This document shows positions 53,556-63,451 of a stretch of 64,000 bases of DNA, one piece after another (position 1 is the stretch's first letter; every line of letters starts with the position of its first letter). Below the pieces are notes generated by a model. It saw nothing but the letters and a program-made list of their open reading frames with translations. It was not told where the DNA came from and ran no database searches. Source of the stretch: an uncultured candidate division Zixibacteria bacterium. Its GTDB lineage: Bacteria > Zixibacteria > MSB-5A5 > GN15 > FEB-12. The position numbers and the translations under genes were made by a program. The DNA lies in the NCBI GenBank assembly GCA_963806185.1, contig CAWDXE010000007.1, positions 640,001-704,000 on the forward strand. The letters are read 5' to 3'.

Positions 53556-54908
53556 ATGAACGAATCAAAAAAGACACTATCGTTTGTGGGCGTGGCCTTG
53601 GCTCTGGCGGTTGTCGCATGGCTGGTTTCGCCCAAACCATACACCCCGAAGGCTTTTGCCGATCAGGGTCAGGACTTCTTTCCAAACTTCACGGATCCGA
53701 ACGTCGCCACCACCCTTGAGGTAGTGGACATTGATGAAACCACCGGCCTCGCACGACCGTTCAAGGTCACTTTTCGCAACGGCCGATGGACCATTCCTTC
53801 TCACCACGACTATCCCGCCGATGCCAAGGATCGGCTAGCCAAGACCGCCGCGGGGGTCATTGATATCAAGAAGGATGATTTCCGAACCGACAATTCAGCC
53901 GAATTTGAACGCCTTGGCGTTATCGATCCTACCGACGCCGGTATTTCCGGCTCCACCGGTCGAGGTAAGCGCGTGACATTGAAAGATGCCAACGAGTCTG
54001 TTCTGGCGGATTTCATCGTCGGGAAAGACGTCGAAGGACGGAGCGGCTTCAAATTCGTCCGGGTCCCGGGTGAAAAGCGGGTTTATGCCGTCCGAATGAA
54101 TGTTGATCTGTCGACGAACTTCGAGGATTGGATCGATCGCGACCTCCTGCAGATCAATGCCTCCGACCTGGCTGTTGTCGACGTGCGGGATTACTCTATC
54201 AACGAGCGCACCGGATCGGTCGATCAGCGAGAAAACTGGACGCTGGCGAAAGTCAATGAACAGTGGCAATTCGGACGGGGAAGTAAAGGCGGAAAACCCG
54301 ATTCGACCAAGATGGCGGATCTGGTCAAGGCGCTCGACTCGCTCACTATCGTAGGCGTACGTCCAAAACCGGCCGGTCTCTCGGCCGCGCTTAGGGCCGC
54401 ACCGGGTTCCGGTCTGACCACCGCCGATATGATGGATTTGCAGAACAAGGGATTCTATTTGACTCGCGACGGCCAGCTTCTTTCGAACGAGGGAGAGATG
54501 CAGGTAGCCACCCGCGATGGGGTCGTGTTCACCCTTCGTTTCGGCGAGGTCCTGTACGGCTCCGGACTATCGGTGACCGCCGGTGCGCCCGAAACGACGG
54601 GCGAGAAAGGTCCGGCGGAGAACCGGTACCTGTTTGTGAGTGCGTCCTTTGACCCATCGACAGTGTCCAAGCCAAAGGAGCCGGCCAATACCGATTTCAG
54701 ATCCAAACCAGACTCGACCTGGAACGCCTCCGACCGCGCGAACAAGGCCCTCCAGGATGAACTTGATCGCTGGAAGTCCAAGGTTGATTCCGGTCGCCAA
54801 CGGGCAGAGGAATTGAATGCTCGATTCGCCAACTGGTATTATGTCATTTCTGAGCAGACATTCACTCGTCTGGATGTCAAACGGACTTCGCTGACGTCGC
54901 GAAGCTGA
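53556..54908 (+). CDS. DUF4340-like anchored protein of the Gld-like ABC system
   Basis: N-terminal TM helix, W.I.....YPAD, FVRVPGE..VYAV, DWIDRDLL; usual position after gldG-like genes. Confidence 0.75.
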   Translation: MNESKKTLSFVGVALALAVVAWLVSPKPYTPKAFADQGQDFFPNFTDPNVATTLEVVDIDETTGLARPFKVTFRNGRWTIPSHHDYPADAKDRLAKTAAGVIDIKKDDFRTDNSAEFERLGVIDPTDAGISGSTGRGKRVTLKDANESVLADFIVGKDVEGRSGFKFVRVPGEKRVYAVRMNVDLSTNFEDWIDRDLLQINASDLAVVDVRDYSINERTGSVDQRENWTLAKVNEQWQFGRGSKGGKPDSTKMADLVKALDSLTIVGVRPKPAGLSAALRAAPGSGLTTADMMDLQNKGFYLTRDGQLLSNEGEMQVATRDGVVFTLRFGEVLYGSGLSVTAGAPETTGEKGPAENRYLFVSASFDPSTVSKPKEPANTDFRSKPDSTWNASDRANKALQDELDRWKSKVDSGRQRAEELNARFANWYYVISEQTFTRLDVKRTSLTSRS

Positions 54909-54986
54909 CATCGGCATGCATCTGAACGGCCCAGGTCGGCGATGAGTGATTGTCGACCCGGGCCGGCCGTGTCTTCGTCGAAGTAG

Positions 54987-55015
54987 TTGACATGGACCCA
55001 ATTTTACAGTATATG
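54987..55015 (+). promoter_or_regulatory. Sigma70 promoter, possibly giving a leaderless mRNA
   Basis: TTGACA-17 bp-TATATG, with the ATG 6 nt after the -10 element. Confidence 0.5.
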
Positions 55016-55021
55016 AGGTAG

Positions 55022-55951
55022 ATGCTTGACGAGGTTGGCTATCCGATCCGCGCAGTGTCGCGACTCAGCGGTCTGAGCTCCCATGTCATCCGAATCTGGG
55101 AGAAGCGGTACGCCGCTGTTACCCCATATCGCACGCCCACCAATCGGCGACTATATTCCGAACAAGATATCGAACGACTCGTACTGCTGCGCAAGGCGAC
55201 GCTCGCCGGACATACGATCAGCACGGTGGCCGGTTTGTCCGCGAATCAGCTCACCGAACTGCTGTCCCGATCAAGTCTGACCGGCGAACGTCTGTCGGCG
55301 ATGACGCCGGTCGAGTTGGCCGGAATACTTGAATCGTGCCTGGGTGCCATCGAACGGCTCGACGCTCAATCGTTGCGTTCGACGCTCGTTCGGGCAATCG
55401 AGAGGTTCGGTCCGACGGCGATAACGCATGACGTCTTTATCCCACTGTTACACGAGATAGGCGATCGCTGGTATGATGGCCGGCTGCAGGTCCGGCACGA
55501 GCATATGACGTCGGCCGTCGTTCGAAGCATCCTCGGTCTCATAGCGAGCGGTTTCCACCCCGCACCGGACTCCCCGTTACTGGTGACGGCGACGCTGGAG
55601 GGTCAGCTTCATGAACTGGGGGCGCTGATGGCGTCTATCGTCGCGGCGGCCGAGGAATGGCGATTCGTGTATCTCGGCCCCAATCTTCCACCGGACGAGA
55701 TAGCGCAGTCGGCTACCCTGGCGAGGGCGAACGCCGTGGGGATCAGTCTCGTCCATCCGGATCACGACCATTCGAGTGCCGACAATCTGGTCAGACTCAG
55801 GTCGTTGCTGCCGAACTCCACACACATACTGGTGGGCGGTCGGGCCGCCGTACACTACCGTCGGACATTGGATGAGATTGGTGCGATTCTGGTTGAAGAG
55901 CTTAAGAGTTTGCCGGACGTCCTCGCGACGATTCGCGCGAAGTCTGACTGA
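55022..55951 (+). CDS. MerR-family regulator with B12-binding domain (CarH/LitR-like)
   Basis: IRAVSRLSG..HVIRIWEKRY..R.YS HTH; W-x9-EH (WYDGRLQVRHEH); GQLHELG and YLGPNLP cobalamin-binding motifs. Confidence 0.9.
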   Translation: MLDEVGYPIRAVSRLSGLSSHVIRIWEKRYAAVTPYRTPTNRRLYSEQDIERLVLLRKATLAGHTISTVAGLSANQLTELLSRSSLTGERLSAMTPVELAGILESCLGAIERLDAQSLRSTLVRAIERFGPTAITHDVFIPLLHEIGDRWYDGRLQVRHEHMTSAVVRSILGLIASGFHPAPDSPLLVTATLEGQLHELGALMASIVAAAEEWRFVYLGPNLPPDEIAQSATLARANAVGISLVHPDHDHSSADNLVRLRSLLPNSTHILVGGRAAVHYRRTLDEIGAILVEELKSLPDVLATIRAKSD

Positions 55952-55954
55952 CGG

Positions 55955-56425
55955 CTACGCTACGTCACCCAATTCCAGATGGAACCAGACCCCCGCCCAA
56001 AGCAGGGTGAGTAACGCCTTGATGTCGATAGGCCAGGTCTGCCCGATCATGTACAGGAAACAGACCAGGGTCATGCCGAAAAATCCCTTGTAGAGACCAA
56101 GCTTGATTGATCGTGAAACGGCGTTGATGAATGCGGCCAGCAGGAGAAGGATGATCAACGACGGAGCCGCAATCATGACAGCCCACGACCAGATGCTGAT
56201 GGACGCCAGTTGCCGACCGATGTAACTGTTTTCCGGCTGGTTAAACAGGCAGTACAGATGCCCTACGAAGAAGAAGACGCTGAAGGTAAAATATAAGAGT
56301 CCTTCCGGACGCTCGTCTTTGAATTCCTTCATGGCCGTCACGAAGAAGAAGAGGAATCCGGTGAACAATCCGGTGAGAAGCATCAGCGCGCCGTTGGCGA
56401 AAATTTCTTCGATGTACGTGTCCAT
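55955..56425 (-). CDS. Hypothetical membrane protein (about 5 TM helices)
   Basis: Hydrophobic 156 aa ORF with SD-like AGGA upstream, convergent with the MerR gene. Confidence 0.7.
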   Translation of the reverse strand: MDTYIEEIFANGALMLLTGLFTGFLFFFVTAMKEFKDERPEGLLYFTFSVFFFVGHLYCLFNQPENSYIGRQLASISIWSWAVMIAAPSLIILLLLAAFINAVSRSIKLGLYKGFFGMTLVCFLYMIGQTWPIDIKALLTLLWAGVWFHLELGDVA

Positions 56426-56615
56426 AGTATTTTCCTGCTTTGTACCGAACTGTTCTAAGTAAACAGCGTGCCGAAACAGGACGCTCGGGTGTCAACGTCT
56501 CAGTTGCTTGCGTTACAAGCGGTAAGCGCGGGCCTTATGGGCCCGCCGCCATAATCAGTCCCTGCAGGGACATTTCGGCCTTATGCAAGCTGGTGCCTAA
56601 TCTAAATGGAATCGC

Positions 56616-56643
56616 GAAGGGCAGCCTGCTACGGCTGCCCTTC
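56616..56643 (-). terminator. Hairpin downstream of the dockerin cassette
   Basis: GAAGGGCAGCC-6 nt-GGCTGCCCTTC perfect 11-bp stem just past the stop at 56661; weak U tract. Confidence 0.55.
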
Positions 56644-56660
56644 ATCGGGTGGGCAAGTTG

Positions 56661-59052
56661 TTACGGGCAGGTCGGCGTTGGACCCATGGTAATAAACAAC
56701 TGATCGACTAAAGCTGACAAATCAGCGATATCGACCGTCGTCTCAGCCGACATATCCATGTTGGCGGCATCGGCGCAACACAGAGAATTGCCGTCGATAA
56801 AGAGGTAGAGCACCAGCGCGGTCAGATCGCCGATGTCGCAGTTGTTGGTCGGATCGCAGTCGATATTACCGCGCTTACCGTTGCAGCAGGTAGGATTCGC
56901 GGGTGTAATCGGCCATACCTCGGATAGGGGAGACGAAAGCGGGAGGAATTTCTCTCCTCCCGGTCCCCAGTCAAATGAGTTCACGCCGACCCGATACGCC
57001 TGGTCGGTGAGCAGACCGTCGATCCGAAGTTCGTAATCGTAGTATTTGAATTGTCCCTGATCATTGAGATACAGGTCAACCTCGTCCGGCGGCACGTCAG
57101 TCGGTCGAGTGTAGGGTGGCTTTGGCGCGTCGGGGAATTGCTTCACGATCTTCGTCTCAAGCCCCAACTTGGATGCATTGCAGCCGACCGGCACGAAATA
57201 GAACACCGAATCAATGTCTGACATCCAGAAAAGAGGGCTGGCCTTCGTATAGTCGGTCGGAGACCAGGTTGAGTCGTTTATTCCCCCCGGCGCGTACTTC
57301 TCGCGAAGTTGTTCGATCGTGAACGGAATCGACTCAAACCGCCAATCCATGACCACTTGATCATACCGTACCCGGGTGTAGTCTTCCCGGTCATACGAAC
57401 TGACCAGCGCATATGGCTCGGGCGAATCGTGCTTCTTCAGAAAGACGTTGTACCCCTCAAAGTCAGATCTGCCCAGAAACGGATCGCGCGTTGTCTCAGT
57501 CCGCCACCCGTTCCAGTGCATAACGATGCTCCCCTGGTCACCGTGCGCCGTCAGCGGCGGCGCTACAGGAATGCCGGCCGCCTTCAGATCCGGCACGTCG
57601 TCGCCCGCGTACCAGAAGGTGTCGCCTTCACAAACACTAAACTTGCCGGCGTACCCGTCACCGTCGGTATCGAAGCCGGGGTTGTCGTATATCCACTTTG
57701 CCCATTGGGCGTTGGTCAACAGATCGCTGAAATCGAGATTGGCATAATAGGCCGACGGATTGTAGATGCCGGTTTCCAGATAGGTCACATTGTCCGGATT
57801 GGTGTGGAGATTCATGCCCACCCACATATGCGATCGCAAACGAGACGCTCTGGCCAGAATCCAGATCGAACGGGCCGAAGGAGAGCAGGTAGCGAGTATC
57901 GTACCCGTTGGCGAGGTCAACTGCGACAGTCTGCGGCGGATACATCCAAAGCGTGTCTGCGGCAGAGATGGCGGCAGTGTAGACCTGGTCGTAATCGAAT
58001 TCATGGTTGCGCAGGAACCAGTACTTGTTGCGGTCGCCCACGGGCGTGCCTTGCCCGCCGGTGCCCAAGTCGCGGTATGTTTGGCGTCCCTGCGGTCCGA
58101 AATCTCGCCTATAATCACTGTTGCTGATCCACCAATTGAATGCGGACAGTGTAGCTCCGGTGGAACCCAGGATTTCAGTGGCGGTCACGTTTTGCACATA
58201 GAGTCCCGAAGGGTCGGTCAGGTCGCCGTCGTTATCGGCGATCCAGGCGAGCTGCAGAGTATCGCCGGGTGGGCAAGACCCGCCATTGGTTTGAGGAGCA
58301 GGGGTGGAAAGAAAGCCACAAATGTCGTCCTGGGCACCTTCCGATGTCGCTCTCGGGTATACATCGCCGTCGACATACACCCCAACATAAGCCTCGCGCA
58401 ACGGGTCGCCCGTGATCTTGGTCATACGGTATTCGATAATCACGAAATCATCGGCATAAGGATACGACCAGGCATACGAAGTCTGGTCAACGCGCAGGCC
58501 GAGTGGAATGTGCGGGCGGTGATCTATGGCATCGCTGCTCGAACCGGGGCAATTTCGGCACGTATCATAATACGTACCCAACAGATCTTGATGGGAAACA
58601 GCATCAAGGTATTCGGGGCTGTTGGGATCCAATGTCGATCTTCGCAGAAGCGACTCGTTGACGTCGGGAACGAACTCCTGACCTCCTGTCCAGCCATCAG
58701 CCGCTTGGGACACAAGCGTATCTTGTCCTACGACTGCGCCTACCCATAGCGCACCCAAGAACAGGTAGCGTGATCCCGAGCCAATCGGATATTCGCATGA
58801 TCGTAAGGTCGCACCCGTGAAGCAATCAGTTGAAGATGACGACATGCCGTCCCCAAAAGTGCCATTGTTCGATATCACGAGTGAAATGACACCCACATTA
58901 TGACCCGCCACACCACAGCCGGTCGGGGCGCTCACGTTGCCTGATGAAAGTCGCTGTGGATCAATGCGATTGCGACCTGTGGCAGTTGTTGTTCCCATTA
59001 GGAGAACGAATATGGAAACACTCGACAGTAGTCGTACCAGTTCATTTCTCAT
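56661..59052 (-). CDS. Secreted protein A1 (about 796 aa) with C-terminal dockerin-like domain; 1-nt frameshift near 57817
   Basis: ORFs 57658..59052 and 56661..58118 join at YVGG/MNLH and align end to end with the intact paralog 61052..63451; CCNGKRGNIDCD..DIGDLT..VDIADLS. Confidence 0.85.
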
Positions 59053-60976
59053 CCTGTCCTCCTGCTTCTCTCTTGGCTGTCACTTCAGTCGCATCGTTGA
59101 AAAGCCCCTCCGTCCGGCCGATCGGGATTGTGCTCATCATCGGCTTCTCTCCCGGCGTCGGGTCGTAGAGCCAGTTCAGAACACTGTCGACGACTGTCTG
59201 CAGCACGCCTCCGCTATCGCTCATGAACACTGGTGAGAAGTTGGTGACGACTGTTCGGAAAATCCCTCGGTCCAGCCGGTATCCGACCACACCTCCCTGA
59301 CACGCGGGAGTGTATTGTGTGTACGGATAATTCTCACCATACTTGGATTCATAGGTATACAAGATTTCCGCTTCCGGCACAGGGACTATGACGTTCACCT
59401 CCGGAGGGCAAGCAATGGACGGTATCCAGTCATAGTTCCAGACATATCTCGAGTGCAGATACCCGGTGTCCACCACCAGGTCGGGCCACCCAGTTGCGAA
59501 GGCCGCCTTGGCCCCAATAAAATCCTCCACACGCACCGGCGGATCGACATGAAACCCGTTGGCCAGCCACTCCCAGCCGCTGTAGGAGTATGAGGTCATG
59601 CCGAAATAGTATTGCCAGGGCCAACCCAATGGTCCGGAGAGTTGCGTCGGCTTGTCTTCTCCACCCCACGCTGGATCTCGCCCGCAGAGCCAGACGGCAA
59701 CACCAGCATCCTGTACGGCCATGATCTTCGATCTAACAGACGAGGCTTGAAGGATTCCTGGGATCACATCGTCGCCGTACAAGATGATGATTTTGTGTTC
59801 GAGGAGGAGCTTAAGGGGTAGGACGAGTCCGGTCGGCGTTTCCGGCATGTACCATTGAAACGACTTGTCGGGCGACCAGGCAGAAACCGCTTGTTGCCAA
59901 TACGATTGCGCTTGGTTCCGCTTGACCGGGTTGATTGTGTATGCAGTGTTCGAGTAGACAACCAAGATATCATTTTCGAACTTGGGATTCAACACCTCAA
60001 ACGATCGACTCGGCGGGGCAGAGTCGACGACCGTCGTGTCATCGGCGTCGCGCGCCCGCACCCATAGATAGAATGTCCCCAGCGTAGTCTGGTGAATCAC
60101 TTCATTGGCGAAGAGGTTGAAGGCCGTGTCAGACGTATCGGCTACCCAGGGATTATCGAGCGTACCGCTCTGTCGGGCAATCTTGTTTAACTCCGGATTC
60201 AGTGCAAACACCGGATCATCGACCAGTATGGTGGTGTCGAAATGCCCCAGCGGTCCTTCGGAGGTGATTTGGTCAATCCACGTAGTCTCGCACTCCACCG
60301 TCATGCCATCCGGCATAGGGAAAGTGTCACACGTAATCATCTTCTCACCCAGACCGCGCCGGTATACATGTCCGTCATTGGTGACAAAGACCTCTTTCAC
60401 GAATTCGGTCCGCATGATCCTCGCCCAGGCCGTGTCGTATGGTCCGTAGATGCGCCATTCGTAGGAGAGCTTCACCTTGGTCAGAGGGTGATCGAGATTG
60501 TCGTTGGCTCGCCATTGGAGCGGAATCAGCAGTTTTGAATTGGCAGATGAAGTGACTGTGTTGATGAAGGGCTCGACGGTCGCCGAGAGCGGCTTGACAA
60601 TCTTCGTCTGCGGCGGATGATTGAGCGGTCTGGGGCAGGCCGGCAGAGGAGTGAAGGTGAGGAAGAGGTGATCGATCAGCATGGTGAGATCACCGATATC
60701 TATGTTACCGGCCGGATCCTGCTCCATGTTGGCCTGTTCTTTCGATGGCAACGGCATGAAATCGATAAACAGGTGGTTGACCAGTACTTGCAGGTCGGCG
60801 ATATCGACCTCGTTATCGTAGCTGCAGTCGACATTACCGACATGCCCGCTGCAGCAACAACCATTGGGCGACTGCGCGCAATTCACGTCGGCCCGGACAG
60901 GCGCACCAACAAACAAAAACGCACCGAAGACAGCCGCATAACAGGCCGCTCTGGCGCGATTTAAAGTAAACGACAT
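59042..60976 (-). CDS. Secreted protein B1 with N-terminal dockerin-like domain
   Basis: Signal peptide, then CCCSGHVGNVDCSYDNEVDIADL..ANMEQD..IDIGDLT; PPQTKI beta region; C-terminal alpha/beta domain; stop overlaps the A1 start. Confidence 0.8.
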   Translation of the reverse strand: MSFTLNRARAACYAAVFGAFLFVGAPVRADVNCAQSPNGCCCSGHVGNVDCSYDNEVDIADLQVLVNHLFIDFMPLPSKEQANMEQDPAGNIDIGDLTMLIDHLFLTFTPLPACPRPLNHPPQTKIVKPLSATVEPFINTVTSSANSKLLIPLQWRANDNLDHPLTKVKLSYEWRIYGPYDTAWARIMRTEFVKEVFVTNDGHVYRRGLGEKMITCDTFPMPDGMTVECETTWIDQITSEGPLGHFDTTILVDDPVFALNPELNKIARQSGTLDNPWVADTSDTAFNLFANEVIHQTTLGTFYLWVRARDADDTTVVDSAPPSRSFEVLNPKFENDILVVYSNTAYTINPVKRNQAQSYWQQAVSAWSPDKSFQWYMPETPTGLVLPLKLLLEHKIIILYGDDVIPGILQASSVRSKIMAVQDAGVAVWLCGRDPAWGGEDKPTQLSGPLGWPWQYYFGMTSYSYSGWEWLANGFHVDPPVRVEDFIGAKAAFATGWPDLVVDTGYLHSRYVWNYDWIPSIACPPEVNVIVPVPEAEILYTYESKYGENYPYTQYTPACQGGVVGYRLDRGIFRTVVTNFSPVFMSDSGGVLQTVVDSVLNWLYDPTPGEKPMMSTIPIGRTEGLFNDATEVTAKREAGGQDEK

Positions 60977-61051
60977 ATTCCCTCCCAGAGAGTATGGTAC
61001 CTAAAACAATAGCATTACATCCATGTTATGTCAAGCTCTTTCGCCCTCGAC

Positions 61052-63451
61052 TCACTCAGCTTTGGCTTCCTCGGTCGATCCACAGTTACGCAATTGGGTA
61101 TAGGAGATGAACAGCGATTCCACCAGCGCCGACAGGTCGGCAATGTCCACCGCGCCATCCGTAGAACCGTCAACGTTCGCCGCCTCCGAACAGCAAAGGG
61201 CACCGTTGGAGAGGAAAAGGTGATCTATCAGCGCCGTGAGATCACCGATGTCACACGTTGCGCCGGCGTCACAATCGACATTCCCCACTCGCCCGATACA
61301 GCACTCGCCGAGCTCCGGCACGACAACCTGCACCGATATTCGCGCCGACTCAAGCATTGACAATGCACCCATAGGCGACCCACGATCGAAAGCCGCGACC
61401 GCCAGGTCATAAGCTATTCCTGGAGCAACATCATGAATCACCAGTTCGTAATCGTAGAACTTGAAATCCCCTTCTGGGTCAAGGTAACGGTCGGTGGAGT
61501 CTGCCGGCACGTCGTCGGTTCGACGGTACGGCGGGCGAGGGGCGTCAGGATATCGTTTCGTAATTGGTGTCTCTTTCCCGAACCTGGAAACGTTACACCC
61601 AACCGGCAGGAAATACATAAACGAATCGGCCGTGGCCATCGGACTGATCCGGGTATACGCCAGCGGAAACCAGATTGAATCAGTTTCGCCGTCAGGGGCA
61701 TAGCGCGCCCTAAGTTGCTCCGCGCTATAAACCCGCCGGTCGCACTCCCACGTGCGTTGTCCCTGTTCCCAATAATAGCGGAAGTAGTCTTCGGCGTCCC
61801 ATTGCGCTACCTTCACCAGACTATCCGCCGAGCTATCGAATCGCAGATAGACGTTGTACCCCTCAAAATCGGCTGCTCCGGACACCCGGTCTATCGACAT
61901 CTCACTCTCCGTGCCATTCCATTGCACGATCAAATCCGTTCCGGAAGAAAACGCAGCGACTGACGGCGCGGATGGAGGGACGTCGGCAACCAGATCCGGC
62001 ACGCCGTCACCCTCGTACCAGGCCGTGTCGCCATCGCATACTCGAAACTTGCCCGCGTACCCGTCGCCGTCGGTATCAAAGCCCGGGTTGTCGTACACCC
62101 ATCTGCTCATCCGCGCGTTGCGGGCGAGATCATCGAAATTGAGATTACTTGTGTACGTCCACGGGTCGAGAGGAAGATTCTCAAGGTTTGTCGGATCGAC
62201 ATGGAAATTGCGCCCGCCGACGTAGGCGAACACGAATCGCATCGAATCGCCGGGGAGCAGGTCGAAAGGTCCGCACGAGATCAAGTAGCGCGCATCGTAA
62301 CCGTTGGCATAATCGAGTATTGGCACCCTGTCGCGGGGATAGGCCCAGATCGAATCGAAGGGATCGACCGAAGCCACATACGCCATGTCGTAGTCAAACT
62401 CCCGATGGCGCATCACATAATACTTGTTCACGTCCCGAACCGGTGTTCCTTCGCCGCCCGTACCGAAATCGCGGTACGGATCAACGGGCCGGCCGATCAT
62501 CCTTGGACCAAAGTCGCGGTTTGGATCGCCGTTGCTGATCCACCAGTTGAATGATGAAACCGGCCCCGACTGTGACACGTCAATAGGCACGGCCGCCGTC
62601 ACATTTGGGACGGGCAACGGACTGAGCGGGGGCCGATTGTACAAGTCGCCGTCATTGTCGGCCAACCAGGCAACTGGAATTGTGTCGACGCCGCAACCGT
62701 TCGGGTCGGGATGAAACTGTGAAAACCCGGTCAAGTCATCGGAATACCCTTCCTGGGTACCGATGCCATACACGTCGTTGTCAAAATACAGCCCGAGATA
62801 TCCTTGCGAGATCGGTTGTGTGCCTATGTGGAAGAAATCGAGCACCACGATGACAAAATCACTGGCATGCAAATATGACCAATTGTACGACGATTGCCGA
62901 ACGACCAGCCCAAGCGGGATGTGATACCTATTCTCATCTCGAGGAATGGATCTACAGTCGGTGCACGTATCGGCGTACCAGGCAACATAGTCCTGGTGTG
63001 AAACGGCATTCTGCCGGTTAAGCGGATTCGTGCTTGTTGTCGAATGGTACGCAATCGGTGGAACGTTCCCAACCGGCCGGAATTCATTGCCGCCGGCCCA
63101 TCCCTCTACAGATGTGGATATAAGCGTATCTACACCGACTACCCCTCCGATCCAGATGCCGCCCCAGAAGGTATACTGAGTGCGACTGCCAATGGGATAG
63201 TGGCAACCATCCAGGTACTGCCCGGTGAATATGTCCTGTACAGCCGTATAATTACCGGCGGCGAGAACTCCGTCATTGCTAATGCCGAAGCTGAATGCCC
63301 CGACATTGTGTTCGGCGACTGCCGGCGTAATGGCAGTAGGCGCAATGCCCGATAGATCGAATCCCGCTTCCGACCTGGCCACAGCGATTTCAGATTGCGA
63401 TAAGAATGCCAGCACGACTGCCAGGAAGAAGATCCGCGCTTGACTACTCAT
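61052..63451 (-). CDS. Secreted protein A2 (799 aa) with C-terminal dockerin-like domain
   Basis: Signal peptide; HNVG..ISN.G, YPIGS..Y.F.G..W.G.VVG.DTL, DNDGD, DNPGFDTDGDGYAGKF, DFEGYNV; CCIGRVGNVDCD..DIGDLT..VDIADLS. Confidence 0.88.
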   Translation of the reverse strand: MSSQARIFFLAVVLAFLSQSEIAVARSEAGFDLSGIAPTAITPAVAEHNVGAFSFGISNDGVLAAGNYTAVQDIFTGQYLDGCHYPIGSRTQYTFWGGIWIGGVVGVDTLISTSVEGWAGGNEFRPVGNVPPIAYHSTTSTNPLNRQNAVSHQDYVAWYADTCTDCRSIPRDENRYHIPLGLVVRQSSYNWSYLHASDFVIVVLDFFHIGTQPISQGYLGLYFDNDVYGIGTQEGYSDDLTGFSQFHPDPNGCGVDTIPVAWLADNDGDLYNRPPLSPLPVPNVTAAVPIDVSQSGPVSSFNWWISNGDPNRDFGPRMIGRPVDPYRDFGTGGEGTPVRDVNKYYVMRHREFDYDMAYVASVDPFDSIWAYPRDRVPILDYANGYDARYLISCGPFDLLPGDSMRFVFAYVGGRNFHVDPTNLENLPLDPWTYTSNLNFDDLARNARMSRWVYDNPGFDTDGDGYAGKFRVCDGDTAWYEGDGVPDLVADVPPSAPSVAAFSSGTDLIVQWNGTESEMSIDRVSGAADFEGYNVYLRFDSSADSLVKVAQWDAEDYFRYYWEQGQRTWECDRRVYSAEQLRARYAPDGETDSIWFPLAYTRISPMATADSFMYFLPVGCNVSRFGKETPITKRYPDAPRPPYRRTDDVPADSTDRYLDPEGDFKFYDYELVIHDVAPGIAYDLAVAAFDRGSPMGALSMLESARISVQVVVPELGECCIGRVGNVDCDAGATCDIGDLTALIDHLFLSNGALCCSEAANVDGSTDGAVDIADLSALVESLFISYTQLRNCGSTEEAKAE

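Noticed and set aside
56584..56598. Sigma54-like AGGCAC-N4-TTGCA on the minus strand
   Set aside because: The -24/-12 spacing is one base short of the strict requirement
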